Below, in pieces: positions 1 to 9,120 of a stretch of DNA of 64,000 nt. This stretch comes from a virus (lineage: Duplodnaviria > Caudoviricetes), in the IMG/VR virus record IMGVR_UViG_3300031992_000051, positions 31,688 to 95,687 of that record; one strand, 5' to 3'. The notes under the pieces were generated by a model. The model ran no database searches. It was not told the DNA's origin and saw nothing but the letters and a program-made list of their open reading frames with translations. A program made the position numbers and the translations under genes. Position 1 is the stretch's first letter, and each line of letters opens with the position of its first letter.

Positions 1-1
1 C

Positions 2-3000
2 CGTCCCGTTCCTGCGGTTCCGCTCGATGAGCGTGGCGTTCAGCCCGGCACCGCCGAACATCCTGTCCGCGACGGCGACGAACGCCTGGAACGACGGAAG
101 GTTGCGGACGGCCTTGGCGATCTCCTTGCACGCGGGCCCGTAGTCGCCGAGCACGGACTTTATGTTTCCCGGCTGTTCCGTCTGGTAGAGGGCGAACGCG
201 CGGATGAGGAGCGACATCGTCGCGGGCGACGGACGGCGCACCGTCCCCTGCTCGTGGTCCACCGTCGCGGCGCGGAAGTCCGCGATGTTGCGCGCGAGCG
301 CGGGGCCGCTGGCGGATTCCTGCGCGGCCTTCGCCACGCGGTTCACGCCGTCCATGAACTCGCGCACCGGCGCGTCGAACACGTCGGCGAGGAGCCTCCT
401 GTTCCTCGCGTACGCGTCGAGCGTGATGGCGGCGAGAAGGGACTGCTTGTAGTTCTGCGCGATGCCGTGGTCGATCGAGACGTACACGGCCCCCGCCTGG
501 TGGCGGGCGCGGAACGCGGCGAGCGAGATCGAGTACTTGCCCCGCAGGTCGGAGTTGAGCATCCCCACGGAGATGCCGGTGTCGGCGAACGGGACGCTCA
601 CGCCGCTCCTGCGGAGGAGGTCGTCGGCGAGCTTCGCGTAGCCGCGGGTCTCGTCGTTGCGCCTGTAGTACGCGGCCTGCGCCCGCTCCATGAGCGCGCG
701 GGCGCGGGCCATCGCCGCCGCGTCGTCGGCGCGCTCGCCCTCCTTCAGGTAGAGCTTCACGGCGTTGTCGCCGCTCTGGCGGGAGTTCCTCTCGAAGAGG
801 TCGGACAGCGCCTTCTCCTCGGCGCGCACGCGGTCGGCGGCGTCGGGGTTGTTGTACGTCGCCGCGCCCTCGCGGAAGAGCGGGTCCTTGTAGTTCACGT
901 CCTCGCCGGCGGCGCGCTCCATCATGCCCTTGTACTGGCGCATGAGGCCGAGCGAGCGGAGCATCGTCTGCGCGCTGTCGGACTGGAGGACCTTGGCGTG
1001 GGTGAAGACGACGCGGGGCGTCACGGGGGACCAGTCCATCGCGGCCATCTTCGCGTCGAGGTCCGCCTCGTCGGTGGCGACCTGGCTCCTGCCCTCGGCG
1101 TCGCGGTACGTCCACCTCCCGTCGGCGCGCCTGCGCGCGGACACGTAGTCCGTCCACGGCGAGGCGGCCGGGTCGCCCTCGGCGAGCGCGCCCTCCCTGG
1201 AGTACGTGCGGACGTTGGGGTCCCCGAGCGCCTTCGACAGGACGGCGAGCTCGACGATCTCGCGGTTGCGGCGGTCGAGGTCCTCCTCGGTGCCGTCGTA
1301 CTGGAAGTTGAGGTCGCGGGCGATGTTCTCGAGCGTGACCGGGTCGGCGCTCGCGACGTTGGCCTGCGCGGCGGCCACGGAGTCCGCGGTGATCTGGCCG
1401 TCCGGGAGGGTGGCGGCGACGAGCTCGTCGAGCCACTCCTGCCTCGTGCCGGGGCCGCCGAGCTGGTCCTCGACCGGCTTGTCGCCGTCGAGCTCCTGCG
1501 CCTCGAGGACGCCCCTCATGCCGGGGATGCGCCGCATGACGGCGGCGACGACGGCCTGCTCCTCCGTCGGGAGGTTCTTCGGGATGTCGATGACGTCCAC
1601 GACCGGGTTCGCGTCGTCGCGGGTGCGGTTGAACACGATGCGCCCGCTCTCCAGGCTCCCGCTCGCGAGGGTCTCGTACAGGCTCACGGCCATGCGGTTG
1701 CGCAGGCTCGTCACGGCGGGGCGGTTCGCCTCGAGGAACGAGTCGAGGGACTGCCGCGCCCCGTTCGCGTCGACGAACTCGCGGGTGCGCTCGTCGAACT
1801 TGAGCCCGCGCGAGCGGGCGACCTCGGCGGTCGCCGCGTCCATCAGCTCCTCGTTGGAGAACATGCGGGCCTGGTGCGCGGCGAGCGACTCGGCCATGAG
1901 CCTCCGGGCGACCGGGTCGAACCGGGCGAGGGCGCGCTCGTGCGCCGCGTCCATGTCGGCCTGGAACGTGTGGCCCTGCTCTGACGTCTCGTACCCGGCG
2001 CGGGCCGACCTCGCCTGCTGGTCGCGCCGCAGCTCCTCCTTGAAGATCCTCTCGTACCCCTGGCGGAGCGCGGTCTGGATTCCCTGCGGGAGCCCGCGGT
2101 CCACGCCCGTCCACTCCGCCGGGTTCGCGGAGAGTATGCTGGCGTCACCCGTCGCGAGCGCCGCGCCGACCTTGACGGCCCAGTGGGCGATCTTGCGGAA
2201 CGCGCCGCTCGTCTCGTCCTTCGTGCGGCTGTCGAGCTTGTAGAGCACCTGCCCCATCTTGGCGGCGCGGGACGTGAGCACCTTGCCCGCCGAGAGCGCC
2301 TGCCGGGCCTGCTGGTTCGTCGCGGCGATCTTGCGGTTGTACTCCTCGTCCGGCAGCTCCGCGTCCTCCGCCGTGAGCGGCGCGACGTTCACGAGGTGGC
2401 TGTAGCCGGTCTTCTCCTCGGCGGTGAGCGACGACAGGTACCGCTCGTGCCGCTCGTTCATGCGGCGGACGGCCTTCTCCGTGCGGGCGATCTCCTCGTC
2501 GATGGGCGCGAGGTTCTCCGCGTCCCACTGGTCGGAGGCGTCCGCCGGGCGCTGCGCCGCGACCTCGGCCCTGCGCTGCACGGCGGCGTCGTGCTTCGCC
2601 TGCTCCGCCCTCACGGCCTTCGCGTGGCCGACGAGGTAGTCGCCGTAGCGCCACTGGCCGACCGCGCCGTGGCGCGTGCCGTCGAGGTACAGCGCGGCGG
2701 TGTCGCGGAACTCCGTGTACTCGTTCCCGCCGCCGATGGCGCGCAGGGCGCGCATCGCGCCGGCGCGGGCGACCATCGGGAACGCGAAGCCCGCCGCCTC
2801 GGCGGTGAGCTGGCCCCAGTCCGTGAACGTCTTGCGGATGCGCCCGAGCTTCGCCCCGAGGCTCTGGTCCTTCTCGCCGTTGAGCCCGAACAGCTCGGTC
2901 GCGACGTCGCTGTAGCGCTCCTCGAGCATCTCGCCTATGACGCCGTCGTAGCCCATCCTCTCGAAGAGGCGGGAGGCCGTCTCCGGGCCGACCTTGTGGC

Positions 3001-4912
3001 GGGACATGAAGTCGGCCGCCACGTACTGCGCGTACGAGCGCAGCTTCATGTTCTCGACCCCCGTGTCGTACGCCTCGCGGACCGCGCCCTTCACGAACTT
3101 GCCCACGTCGCCGCCGATGGCCTCGGCGACCTCGCGGGACAGCCCCGGCTGCACCGCGCCCTCGCGGATCGTCGCCTGGAGCGCCGCCGTATTCCTCGCG
3201 TCGAGCCCGAAGTCCTTCTTCAGCTTGGCGAGGACCGCGGTCGTCTGGGTCTCCAGCGTGTTGGCGCGGACGTCGTCGGGGCTGCCCATCACCTTGCGGA
3301 CGAACCGATTGATGATTCCGCCGGCTTCGGCCCCCCGGCCCTCTTCCATGATCCCGTCGAGGACGGTGCCGGTGATCTCCCCGGCCTCGTTCTTCGTGAG
3401 CTTCGCCGTGGCGACCCTCATGCCGCCCGCGACGCGGGACGTGGGCGCGGCGAGCTTCGGCGCGAACTTCAGGACGCCCGCGCGCCCGAGGCTCTTGAAG
3501 CCCCGGCCCGTGTTCTCGGAGACGTACTCGAGGAAGTCGAGGCCCATGGAGATCGCGTGCGCCTTCTCCATGAGGTCCCGGTCCCCGTTGAGCGCGGCGG
3601 CCGACGTGAGCGAGAGCTCGGCCTGGCTCGCCGTGCCGCCCATCAGCCTGTCCACCGGGTACATCACGCCCTGCCGGGCGAGGTACATCTCGGCGCCCCG
3701 CAGCGGGGCCTCGACGAAGAACGTGGTGAGCGCGTCGTTGAGCGCCCGGCCCGCCGTCGACCTGTCAGTGAAGAGGACGGTGGACGCCTCCGTGCCCCAC
3801 GACCCCGCGTCGAGGAGGCCCCTGGACGCGCCGTCGCCGAGCGACTTGCCGAGGGCGCGGAAGGCGTTCCCGACCCTGCCGCCGGCGCTCCGCTTCAACG
3901 CGGCGGACACGGCCTGCTCGGCGCGGGCCTCCGCCGTCTTGCGGACGAGCCCGGCGCCCCACCGCTCCGACCCAGTGAGGAGCGCGTTCTCCTCGGACAG
4001 CATGGACTTCTCGATCGTGTCGGCGACGGACTTCACCATGTCCCGGCGGAGCGCGGAGCTCCCGCGCACGGTGGACGCGGCGGCGCGGAGCCCCGCCCGC
4101 GTGCCGGCCGTCTCCGCCGCCTCCGACGCCACGGTCTTCACGACCGCCTTCACGACGTCGTCGGCGGTCTCGTCGGCGAGTATCTTGGTCGTGCGGGCGA
4201 GCCCGACGTGCGACAGCGCCCTCGCCGCCCCCGTCTTCGACAGGAGGTTCACGGCGCCCTTGCGCGCCGCGCCGAGCGCCTTGCCCGTGATGCCGAACTC
4301 GAACATGAACGACGGGGCGTCCGCGACGATCTCGCCGACGGTGTGCCCCCACGTGGCGTTCTCCTGGCGCTGCTGCTCGGCGAGGTACAGGCGGGCGGCG
4401 ATGGCCTCGTCGTCCGACACGGCCTCGCCCCTGCCGATCTTCCTGAACGTGTCCAGCGCGGTCTTGCCGGCCTGCCACTCCCCGCCCACCTTGGCGACCG
4501 TCGTCATGTACGGGACGAAGTTCCTCCACGACATGTCGCCGATGGCGCTCCAGAAGTCCTCGCGCTCCCCGCGCCGGTTCGCCTCCATCGTCCTGATGAG
4601 CTGGCGGCCCTGCTCGGTCTTCTCGAGCTGCTCGCGGGACATGGTCTTGCCGAACACGTTGGCGGACTTCACGTAGTAGAAGTCGTACCCGCAGTTGTTC
4701 ATCTTGCCCCATTCCACGGTGTGCGCGCCGGTGGGGTCGGTGTCGAGCTGCATGAAGCTCTCGGCCTTCCCTATCTTCACCGCCGTGGGGTCGGCGGGGT
4801 CGGAGAACTTCACGGGGCCGGAAGCCTTCGGCTCCGGGTCCTCCATGGTGGCCGGGGGCGCCGCCACGGGGGTGCGCTGTGCCGTCGGGTCGTAGGGAGT
4901 GAAAGATGCCAT
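2..4912 (-). CDS. Giant putative internal virion/ejection protein (>1630 aa, truncated at window edge)
   Basis: Open frame from ATG at 4912 (MASFTPYDPTAQRTP...) to the window edge with no stop seen, so absent from the ORF track. AAAGGAG SD and own promoter upstream. Ala-rich helical composition; last gene of the structural arm. Confidence 0.75.
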   Translation of the reverse strand, partial: MASFTPYDPTAQRTPVAAPPATMEDPEPKASGPVKFSDPADPTAVKIGKAESFMQLDTDPTGAHTVEWGKMNNCGYDFYYVKSANVFGKTMSREQLEKTEQGRQLIRTMEANRRGEREDFWSAIGDMSWRNFVPYMTTVAKVGGEWQAGKTALDTFRKIGRGEAVSDDEAIAARLYLAEQQRQENATWGHTVGEIVADAPSFMFEFGITGKALGAARKGAVNLLSKTGAARALSHVGLARTTKILADETADDVVKAVVKTVASEAAETAGTRAGLRAAASTVRGSSALRRDMVKSVADTIEKSMLSEENALLTGSERWGAGLVRKTAEARAEQAVSAALKRSAGGRVGNAFRALGKSLGDGASRGLLDAGSWGTEASTVLFTDRSTAGRALNDALTTFFVEAPLRGAEMYLARQGVMYPVDRLMGGTASQAELSLTSAAALNGDRDLMEKAHAISMGLDFLEYVSENTGRGFKSLGRAGVLKFAPKLAAPTSRVAGGMRVATAKLTKNEAGEITGTVLDGIMEEGRGAEAGGIINRFVRKVMGSPDDVRANTLETQTTAVLAKLKKDFGLDARNTAALQATIREGAVQPGLSREVAEAIGGDVGKFVKGAVREAYDTGVENMKLRSYAQYVAADFMSRHKVGPETASRLFERMGYDGVIGEMLEERYSDVATELFGLNGEKDQSLGAKLGRIRKTFTDWGQLTAEAAGFAFPMVARAGAMRALRAIGGGNEYTEFRDTAALYLDGTRHGAVGQWRYGDYLVGHAKAVRAEQAKHDAAVQRRAEVAAQRPADASDQWDAENLAPIDEEIARTEKAVRRMNERHERYLSSLTAEEKTGYSHLVNVAPLTAEDAELPDEEYNRKIAATNQQARQALSAGKVLTSRAAKMGQVLYKLDSRTKDETSGAFRKIAHWAVKVGAALATGDASILSANPAEWTGVDRGLPQGIQTALRQGYERIFKEELRRDQQARSARAGYETSEQGHTFQADMDAAHERALARFDPVARRLMAESLAAHQARMFSNEELMDAATAEVARSRGLKFDERTREFVDANGARQSLDSFLEANRPAVTSLRNRMAVSLYETLASGSLESGRIVFNRTRDDANPVVDVIDIPKNLPTEEQAVVAAVMRRIPGMRGVLEAQELDGDKPVEDQLGGPGTRQEWLDELVAATLPDGQITADSVAAAQANVASADPVTLENIARDLNFQYDGTEEDLDRRNREIVELAVLSKALGDPNVRTYSREGALAEGDPAASPWTDYVSARRRADGRWTYRDAEGRSQVATDEADLDAKMAAMDWSPVTPRVVFTHAKVLQSDSAQTMLRSLGLMRQYKGMMERAAGEDVNYKDPLFREGAATYNNPDAADRVRAEEKALSDLFERNSRQSGDNAVKLYLKEGERADDAAAMARARALMERAQAAYYRRNDETRGYAKLADDLLRRSGVSVPFADTGISVGMLNSDLRGKYSISLAAFRARHQAGAVYVSIDHGIAQNYKQSLLAAITLDAYARNRRLLADVFDAPVREFMDGVNRVAKAAQESASGPALARNIADFRAATVDHEQGTVRRPSPATMSLLIRAFALYQTEQPGNIKSVLGDYGPACKEIAKAVRNLPSFQAFVAVADRMFGGAGLNATLIERNRRNGT

Positions 4913-4938
4913 CGGGTGCTCCTTTGAGAACGCCCGAT

Positions 4939-4967
4939 ATTATACCACACCGAAGCTGTCGCGGCAA
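4939..4967 (-). promoter_or_regulatory. sigma70-type promoter (TTGCCG-17-TATAAT, extended -10)
   Basis: Minus strand reads TTGCCG cgacagcttcggtgtgg TATAAT, 26 nt upstream of ATG 4912. Confidence 0.75.
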
Positions 4968-4972
4968 GGCGG

Positions 4973-7084
4973 TTAGTCGAGCTGGCTCTCCGGCTCCTTG
5001 CCCGCGTTCTTTATCCGCTGCCGGGCGGCGTAGTCCGCCTTGGCGGCCTCGCGCTTCAGGCGGGCCGTGAGCATCTGCTGGACCTGGGTCCACAGGGCGC
5101 GGTTCGAGAGGAACGTGCCCTCCGGGAGGACGTCCTTGCCTTCGTCGTCGAGGGGGATCGACGCCTTGTCGCGGTTCCCCTGGGCGTAGCCGACGACCTT
5201 GGCGGGCTTGCCCTCCGCGTCGGTCCCGTCCTTGAGCGTGAGGTACACGCCCTGCGACTCCGCGTTGTCGAACACGAACGACGGGTCGATCCCGCGGGAG
5301 AGGTTCTGCGCGGCGAGGCTCGACGCGGACGAGACGATCATGCGGGCCTGCGCGTCCGGGATGCCGTCGGACAGGAGGCTGTCGCGGAGCTTCGCCCGGC
5401 GCTCGCCGAACTGGAGGTCCATCGCGACGTTGCCGCTGTACCACGAGCGGAGCGAGGCTATCGTCGGATCGTTCGCGTCGGAGCCCGGCGAGAAGGCGAG
5501 GGTCGCTATCAGCTCCTCGACGTTCACCTGGCCACCGTTCATGAAGCCCTGCGAGAGGACGTCGCCGTTCGGGGCGGTCGCCCCGAAGAGCGCGGCCTGC
5601 GCGACCGCCTGCGCGGCGAGCTCGCGGCCCGGGCCATAGAACGAGCGGGAGAGCTTCCTCGCGAGGCCGTCCACCAGCTTCGCCGGGTCGGCCATGGCGG
5701 CGTCGGGGTAGAGCTGGCCCTTCGCCATCGCGGGCGTGAGCTCGCGGAGGAGGTAGCCGTGGATCGTGTCGGCCATCCCGTCGGCCTCGGGGCAGAGGGA
5801 CCTCGCGCCGGTGCGGCGGTCGACGCCCTTCATGTAGTCCTCGGCCCGGCCGGAGAGCTGCGCGTCGATGCGCTGGGGGCTGCGCCCGCCGGTGATCCGC
5901 CCGAGCATGTCAGAGCGGAGGCGCCGCACGCCCTCCACGATGTTGTCGGAGGGCTGCTCCATGTCGAGGAGCGCGTTGCGGACGAACCCGCCGAGCGCGG
6001 CGTTCACGTCGTAGCCCGCGTTGCGGCAGTCGGAGAGGATGTCGGAGCCCTGCGCCTTCGAGTACGCGACGACGTCCATGACGTCGAGGAGCGAGCGCTT
6101 GAGGCGCGGGTCGCGGAGGTCGACGGGCGTGCGGTCGTCGAGCCCCTCGAGCGTCATCTTGAGCGCGGGGAGGAGCGTCGCGTCGAACATGCGCCGCTGG
6201 TCGTCGGTGATCTCGGCGGGGCGGCGGACGCCGTCCCTGCCGACCTGCGGGTCGCCCTGGAAGGTCGAGGCGACGAGGTCGTTGTACCCGCCCACCACGT
6301 CGGAGGCGAGCTGCTTGCCCGTGACCCCCGTCTTGCCGGAGTAGTCCTCGGCGAAGTCGAGGAGCGTGCGGAAGGTGTGCGCGGCGCACCCGGACGTCTG
6401 GTGCGTGTCGCGGATGTAGTCCATGAACCGCTGCGCGCCGTCGCCGAACGCGCCGTCCACGCGCTCCTTGTTGTTCGCGTAGTCCTCGGCGAGCTCGATG
6501 AGCTGGAGCCGGTTCGCGACCGGCACGCCGCTGTGCGAGCTGCGCAGGAGCGGGTCCATGACGGACTTGATGACCTTGTCGTTCTTGAGGTAGAGGTCGG
6601 TCGCGTTCGAGCCGAAGCCGAAGCTCGAGAGCTCCTCGGACTTGCCCGCGAGGAACGGGCTGCCATCGGCGAGCGCCTGGCCGATCGTCGTCTTCGTTCC
6701 GTCGGACAGGACGACCTCGCGCTGGTTGAACGCCCCGCCGAGGATGGCCCTCGCCCTCGCACCGATCTGGTTGGACATCGGGCCGTAGCCGTCGCCCTGC
6801 ATCTGCGCCATCGTGCTCAGGCCGTCCCAGTTGAGGCGGATGCTCTCGCGCAGCTTGTCGTAGTCCTCCTTCGCGGCGGCGAAGTCGCCGTTGGCGAGGA
6901 GGTTCGCGACCTTGTCGACGTGGGTCTGCTCGAAGTTCCACGCGAGGCCGGCCACGGACTCGCCCGGCTTCTCGAACACGTCGCGGGTGAGGTCGGACTC
7001 CGCCTGGCGCCACGAATAGCGCCCCGGCTCCATCTGCTCGCTGTATCGGGACGTCACGTCCCCGTTGAAGATGTCGTTGGCCAT
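4973..7084 (-). CDS. Putative internal virion protein (703 aa)
   Basis: Long ORF with AAGGAG SD and GC3-biased codons, in the cluster after capsid/adaptor. No recognisable motif. Confidence 0.7.
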   Translation of the reverse strand: MANDIFNGDVTSRYSEQMEPGRYSWRQAESDLTRDVFEKPGESVAGLAWNFEQTHVDKVANLLANGDFAAAKEDYDKLRESIRLNWDGLSTMAQMQGDGYGPMSNQIGARARAILGGAFNQREVVLSDGTKTTIGQALADGSPFLAGKSEELSSFGFGSNATDLYLKNDKVIKSVMDPLLRSSHSGVPVANRLQLIELAEDYANNKERVDGAFGDGAQRFMDYIRDTHQTSGCAAHTFRTLLDFAEDYSGKTGVTGKQLASDVVGGYNDLVASTFQGDPQVGRDGVRRPAEITDDQRRMFDATLLPALKMTLEGLDDRTPVDLRDPRLKRSLLDVMDVVAYSKAQGSDILSDCRNAGYDVNAALGGFVRNALLDMEQPSDNIVEGVRRLRSDMLGRITGGRSPQRIDAQLSGRAEDYMKGVDRRTGARSLCPEADGMADTIHGYLLRELTPAMAKGQLYPDAAMADPAKLVDGLARKLSRSFYGPGRELAAQAVAQAALFGATAPNGDVLSQGFMNGGQVNVEELIATLAFSPGSDANDPTIASLRSWYSGNVAMDLQFGERRAKLRDSLLSDGIPDAQARMIVSSASSLAAQNLSRGIDPSFVFDNAESQGVYLTLKDGTDAEGKPAKVVGYAQGNRDKASIPLDDEGKDVLPEGTFLSNRALWTQVQQMLTARLKREAAKADYAARQRIKNAGKEPESQLD

Positions 7085-7093
7085 GTCGTCTCC

Positions 7094-7528
7094 TTATCCG
7101 AGGTAGAACCGCTCCTCGAGGGCGAGCATGGGGGACGTGTCGCCCTGCTCCGCGTCGAACTCCATGCGGCCCAGCTCCTCCGGGCTGACCCGCGACCACG
7201 CCTCCTTCGAGGCCCTGCGGTAGCGCTCGCGGCGCGTCTCCTCCTCCTGCACCTCGAGGCGCGCGGCCTCGTGCTCCATCGCCATCGCGGCGTCGGAGTG
7301 GTCGTCCATCATCTGCATGACGATGGCCTCGGGCGGCAGCATCGCTATCGCCCCGTCCCCGTCGTCCATCATCGCCCCGAGTATGCCGGGGCGGGACGCG
7401 GCGGCGGTCGCCATGTCGAACATGTCCTCGAACGAGTACTGCCCGAGCGTCCCGTCGGACATGCCGCCGAGGTACGCGCCGGCACCGGCGGTCGCGAGCA
7501 CGTCTTCCTGCGTCGGCTCTGCCGTCAT
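7094..7528 (-). CDS. Hypothetical acidic virion-associated protein (144 aa)
   Basis: ATGA overlap with the upstream gene; GAGGTG SD. Confidence 0.7.
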   Translation of the reverse strand: MTAEPTQEDVLATAGAGAYLGGMSDGTLGQYSFEDMFDMATAAASRPGILGAMMDDGDGAIAMLPPEAIVMQMMDDHSDAAMAMEHEAARLEVQEEETRRERYRRASKEAWSRVSPEELGRMEFDAEQGDTSPMLALEERFYLG

Positions 7529-9120
7529 GCGACACCTCTCATTCTCTTCTGGTTCTGCGCAACAGCCGCGTCAAAGGTCTTCTGGTCGCCGAACACAATC
7601 GTCCCGCCGCCGGCGTAGCGTCCGCCCGCGGACTTGCGGGACTCCTCGCGCTTCATGCCCGTGACGAGCTCGAACGATCCGGCGTCGAGGCTTCCGGCGT
7701 TCCTCATCACCTCGTCGGTCCTCCCGGCCGCCGCAAGCTGGGCGTCCTGCTGCCGCCTGGCCACGTTCATCTCCGTTCCACCCACGCGGTCGCCGACCTG
7801 CGGGCCCCGCTTCACGGGAGAGGTGCGGTCGACGATGGCGCCGTGTCCGTACAGCTCCAGTCCGTGCTTCGACGTCAGGAACTGCTGGGCGTTCGCGTCG
7901 TTCCTCGTGACCCACGTCGTAGAGCGTCCGTTCGAGCCGCCGACCGCGGCGATGGCGTTCTTGCCGGAGCCGATGACGATCCTCGCCTCGACGCCAGTGC
8001 GAGCCGCGGAGTTGCGGACCGCCTCGGCGGCAGCCTGCTCGAGCTCCCGGTTGGTGAGCGACGAGTTTTCAGGCCGGGCGTCCCGGTCATAACCCCCGGC
8101 GGACCGCGCGTCAATACGGCGCTGCATACTCGCATCGGCCTTCTTCTTCTGCTCGTCGGCCTGCTTCTGGCGCGCCTCCTCCTGCTGCTTCAGCATCGTC
8201 TCGCGGCGCTGCTGGAAGTCGAGACGGGACTGCTCGCGGAGCTTCTCCTGGCCGAACTGCTGCCACTGGCGGTCGTACTGCTTGACGGCCTGGCCCCACG
8301 CTCCCTCCGCCTTGCGGCGCATGGCGTCGTAGCCCGCGTCGCCGGGGTTGAGCCCTTCCATGCGGGAGTTGATGAAGTTCTCGCGGAACTCGGCGGACAG
8401 GTAGCCGCCGGCGTACCGGGACGAGCGCCCACGGTTGTCGCGGCCGAAGAAGTCGGACGCGCCGAAGCGCTGCTTGGCGTCCTTGCTCGTGTCCTGGGGC
8501 ATCCAGTCCAGCGCGACGTTCCCCTCGCGCGAAGTGGACGACGCCCCGCCGCGTCCGCCGGGCGCGCCGTCTCCGTTGAGGAGACGGTCGATCTCGGCCG
8601 CATACGGCGAGCGCGTCGTCTCCGACGTGCTCCTGCTCTGCCACGAGCCGACCGTCCTCGCCCTGCGCCCGTTGAAGGTGGTCGTGAACCGCGCCTTGCC
8701 GAAGCCGCTCTTCGACTGCTGCCTGCGCCAGTCGCGGTCGAGTTCCTCGAGGCGCTGGATCTTCTTCTGCCGGTTCCACTCGTCGCGGTCGCGCACGAAG
8801 CGGCGCTCGTCCTTCTCCTCGATCCTGTCCTGCGTGACGACGCGCGTCCCGCCGACGCGCTGCGGGTCGGCGACGCGGGGGCTCTCGGGAAGCCTCGCGG
8901 TGGCGTCGGCGTCGTTCTGGGCGAGGACCTTCTGCTTGCCGTCCTTGTCGGCGGAAGCCTGCCGCGCCGCGGGCTTGGTGGCCTTCTTCGCCGCCTCCGC
9001 GTCGTCCTGGGCCTTCTTGTCCGCGGCGAGCTGCTTGCCCCTCTGCTGGGCGAGCCTGTCGATCGCGCGGCCCTCGGGCTTCTCCTCGTCTTTACGCCGC
9101 TGGTTCTGCCGCGTCGCCAT
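7525..9120 (-). CDS. Putative internal virion protein (531 aa, charged/coiled-coil)
   Basis: ORF with GGAGG SD; R/Q/E-rich; position typical of ejection proteins. Confidence 0.65.
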   Translation of the reverse strand: MATRQNQRRKDEEKPEGRAIDRLAQQRGKQLAADKKAQDDAEAAKKATKPAARQASADKDGKQKVLAQNDADATARLPESPRVADPQRVGGTRVVTQDRIEEKDERRFVRDRDEWNRQKKIQRLEELDRDWRRQQSKSGFGKARFTTTFNGRRARTVGSWQSRSTSETTRSPYAAEIDRLLNGDGAPGGRGGASSTSREGNVALDWMPQDTSKDAKQRFGASDFFGRDNRGRSSRYAGGYLSAEFRENFINSRMEGLNPGDAGYDAMRRKAEGAWGQAVKQYDRQWQQFGQEKLREQSRLDFQQRRETMLKQQEEARQKQADEQKKKADASMQRRIDARSAGGYDRDARPENSSLTNRELEQAAAEAVRNSAARTGVEARIVIGSGKNAIAAVGGSNGRSTTWVTRNDANAQQFLTSKHGLELYGHGAIVDRTSPVKRGPQVGDRVGGTEMNVARRQQDAQLAAAGRTDEVMRNAGSLDAGSFELVTGMKREESRKSAGGRYAGGGTIVFGDQKTFDAAVAQNQKRMRGVA

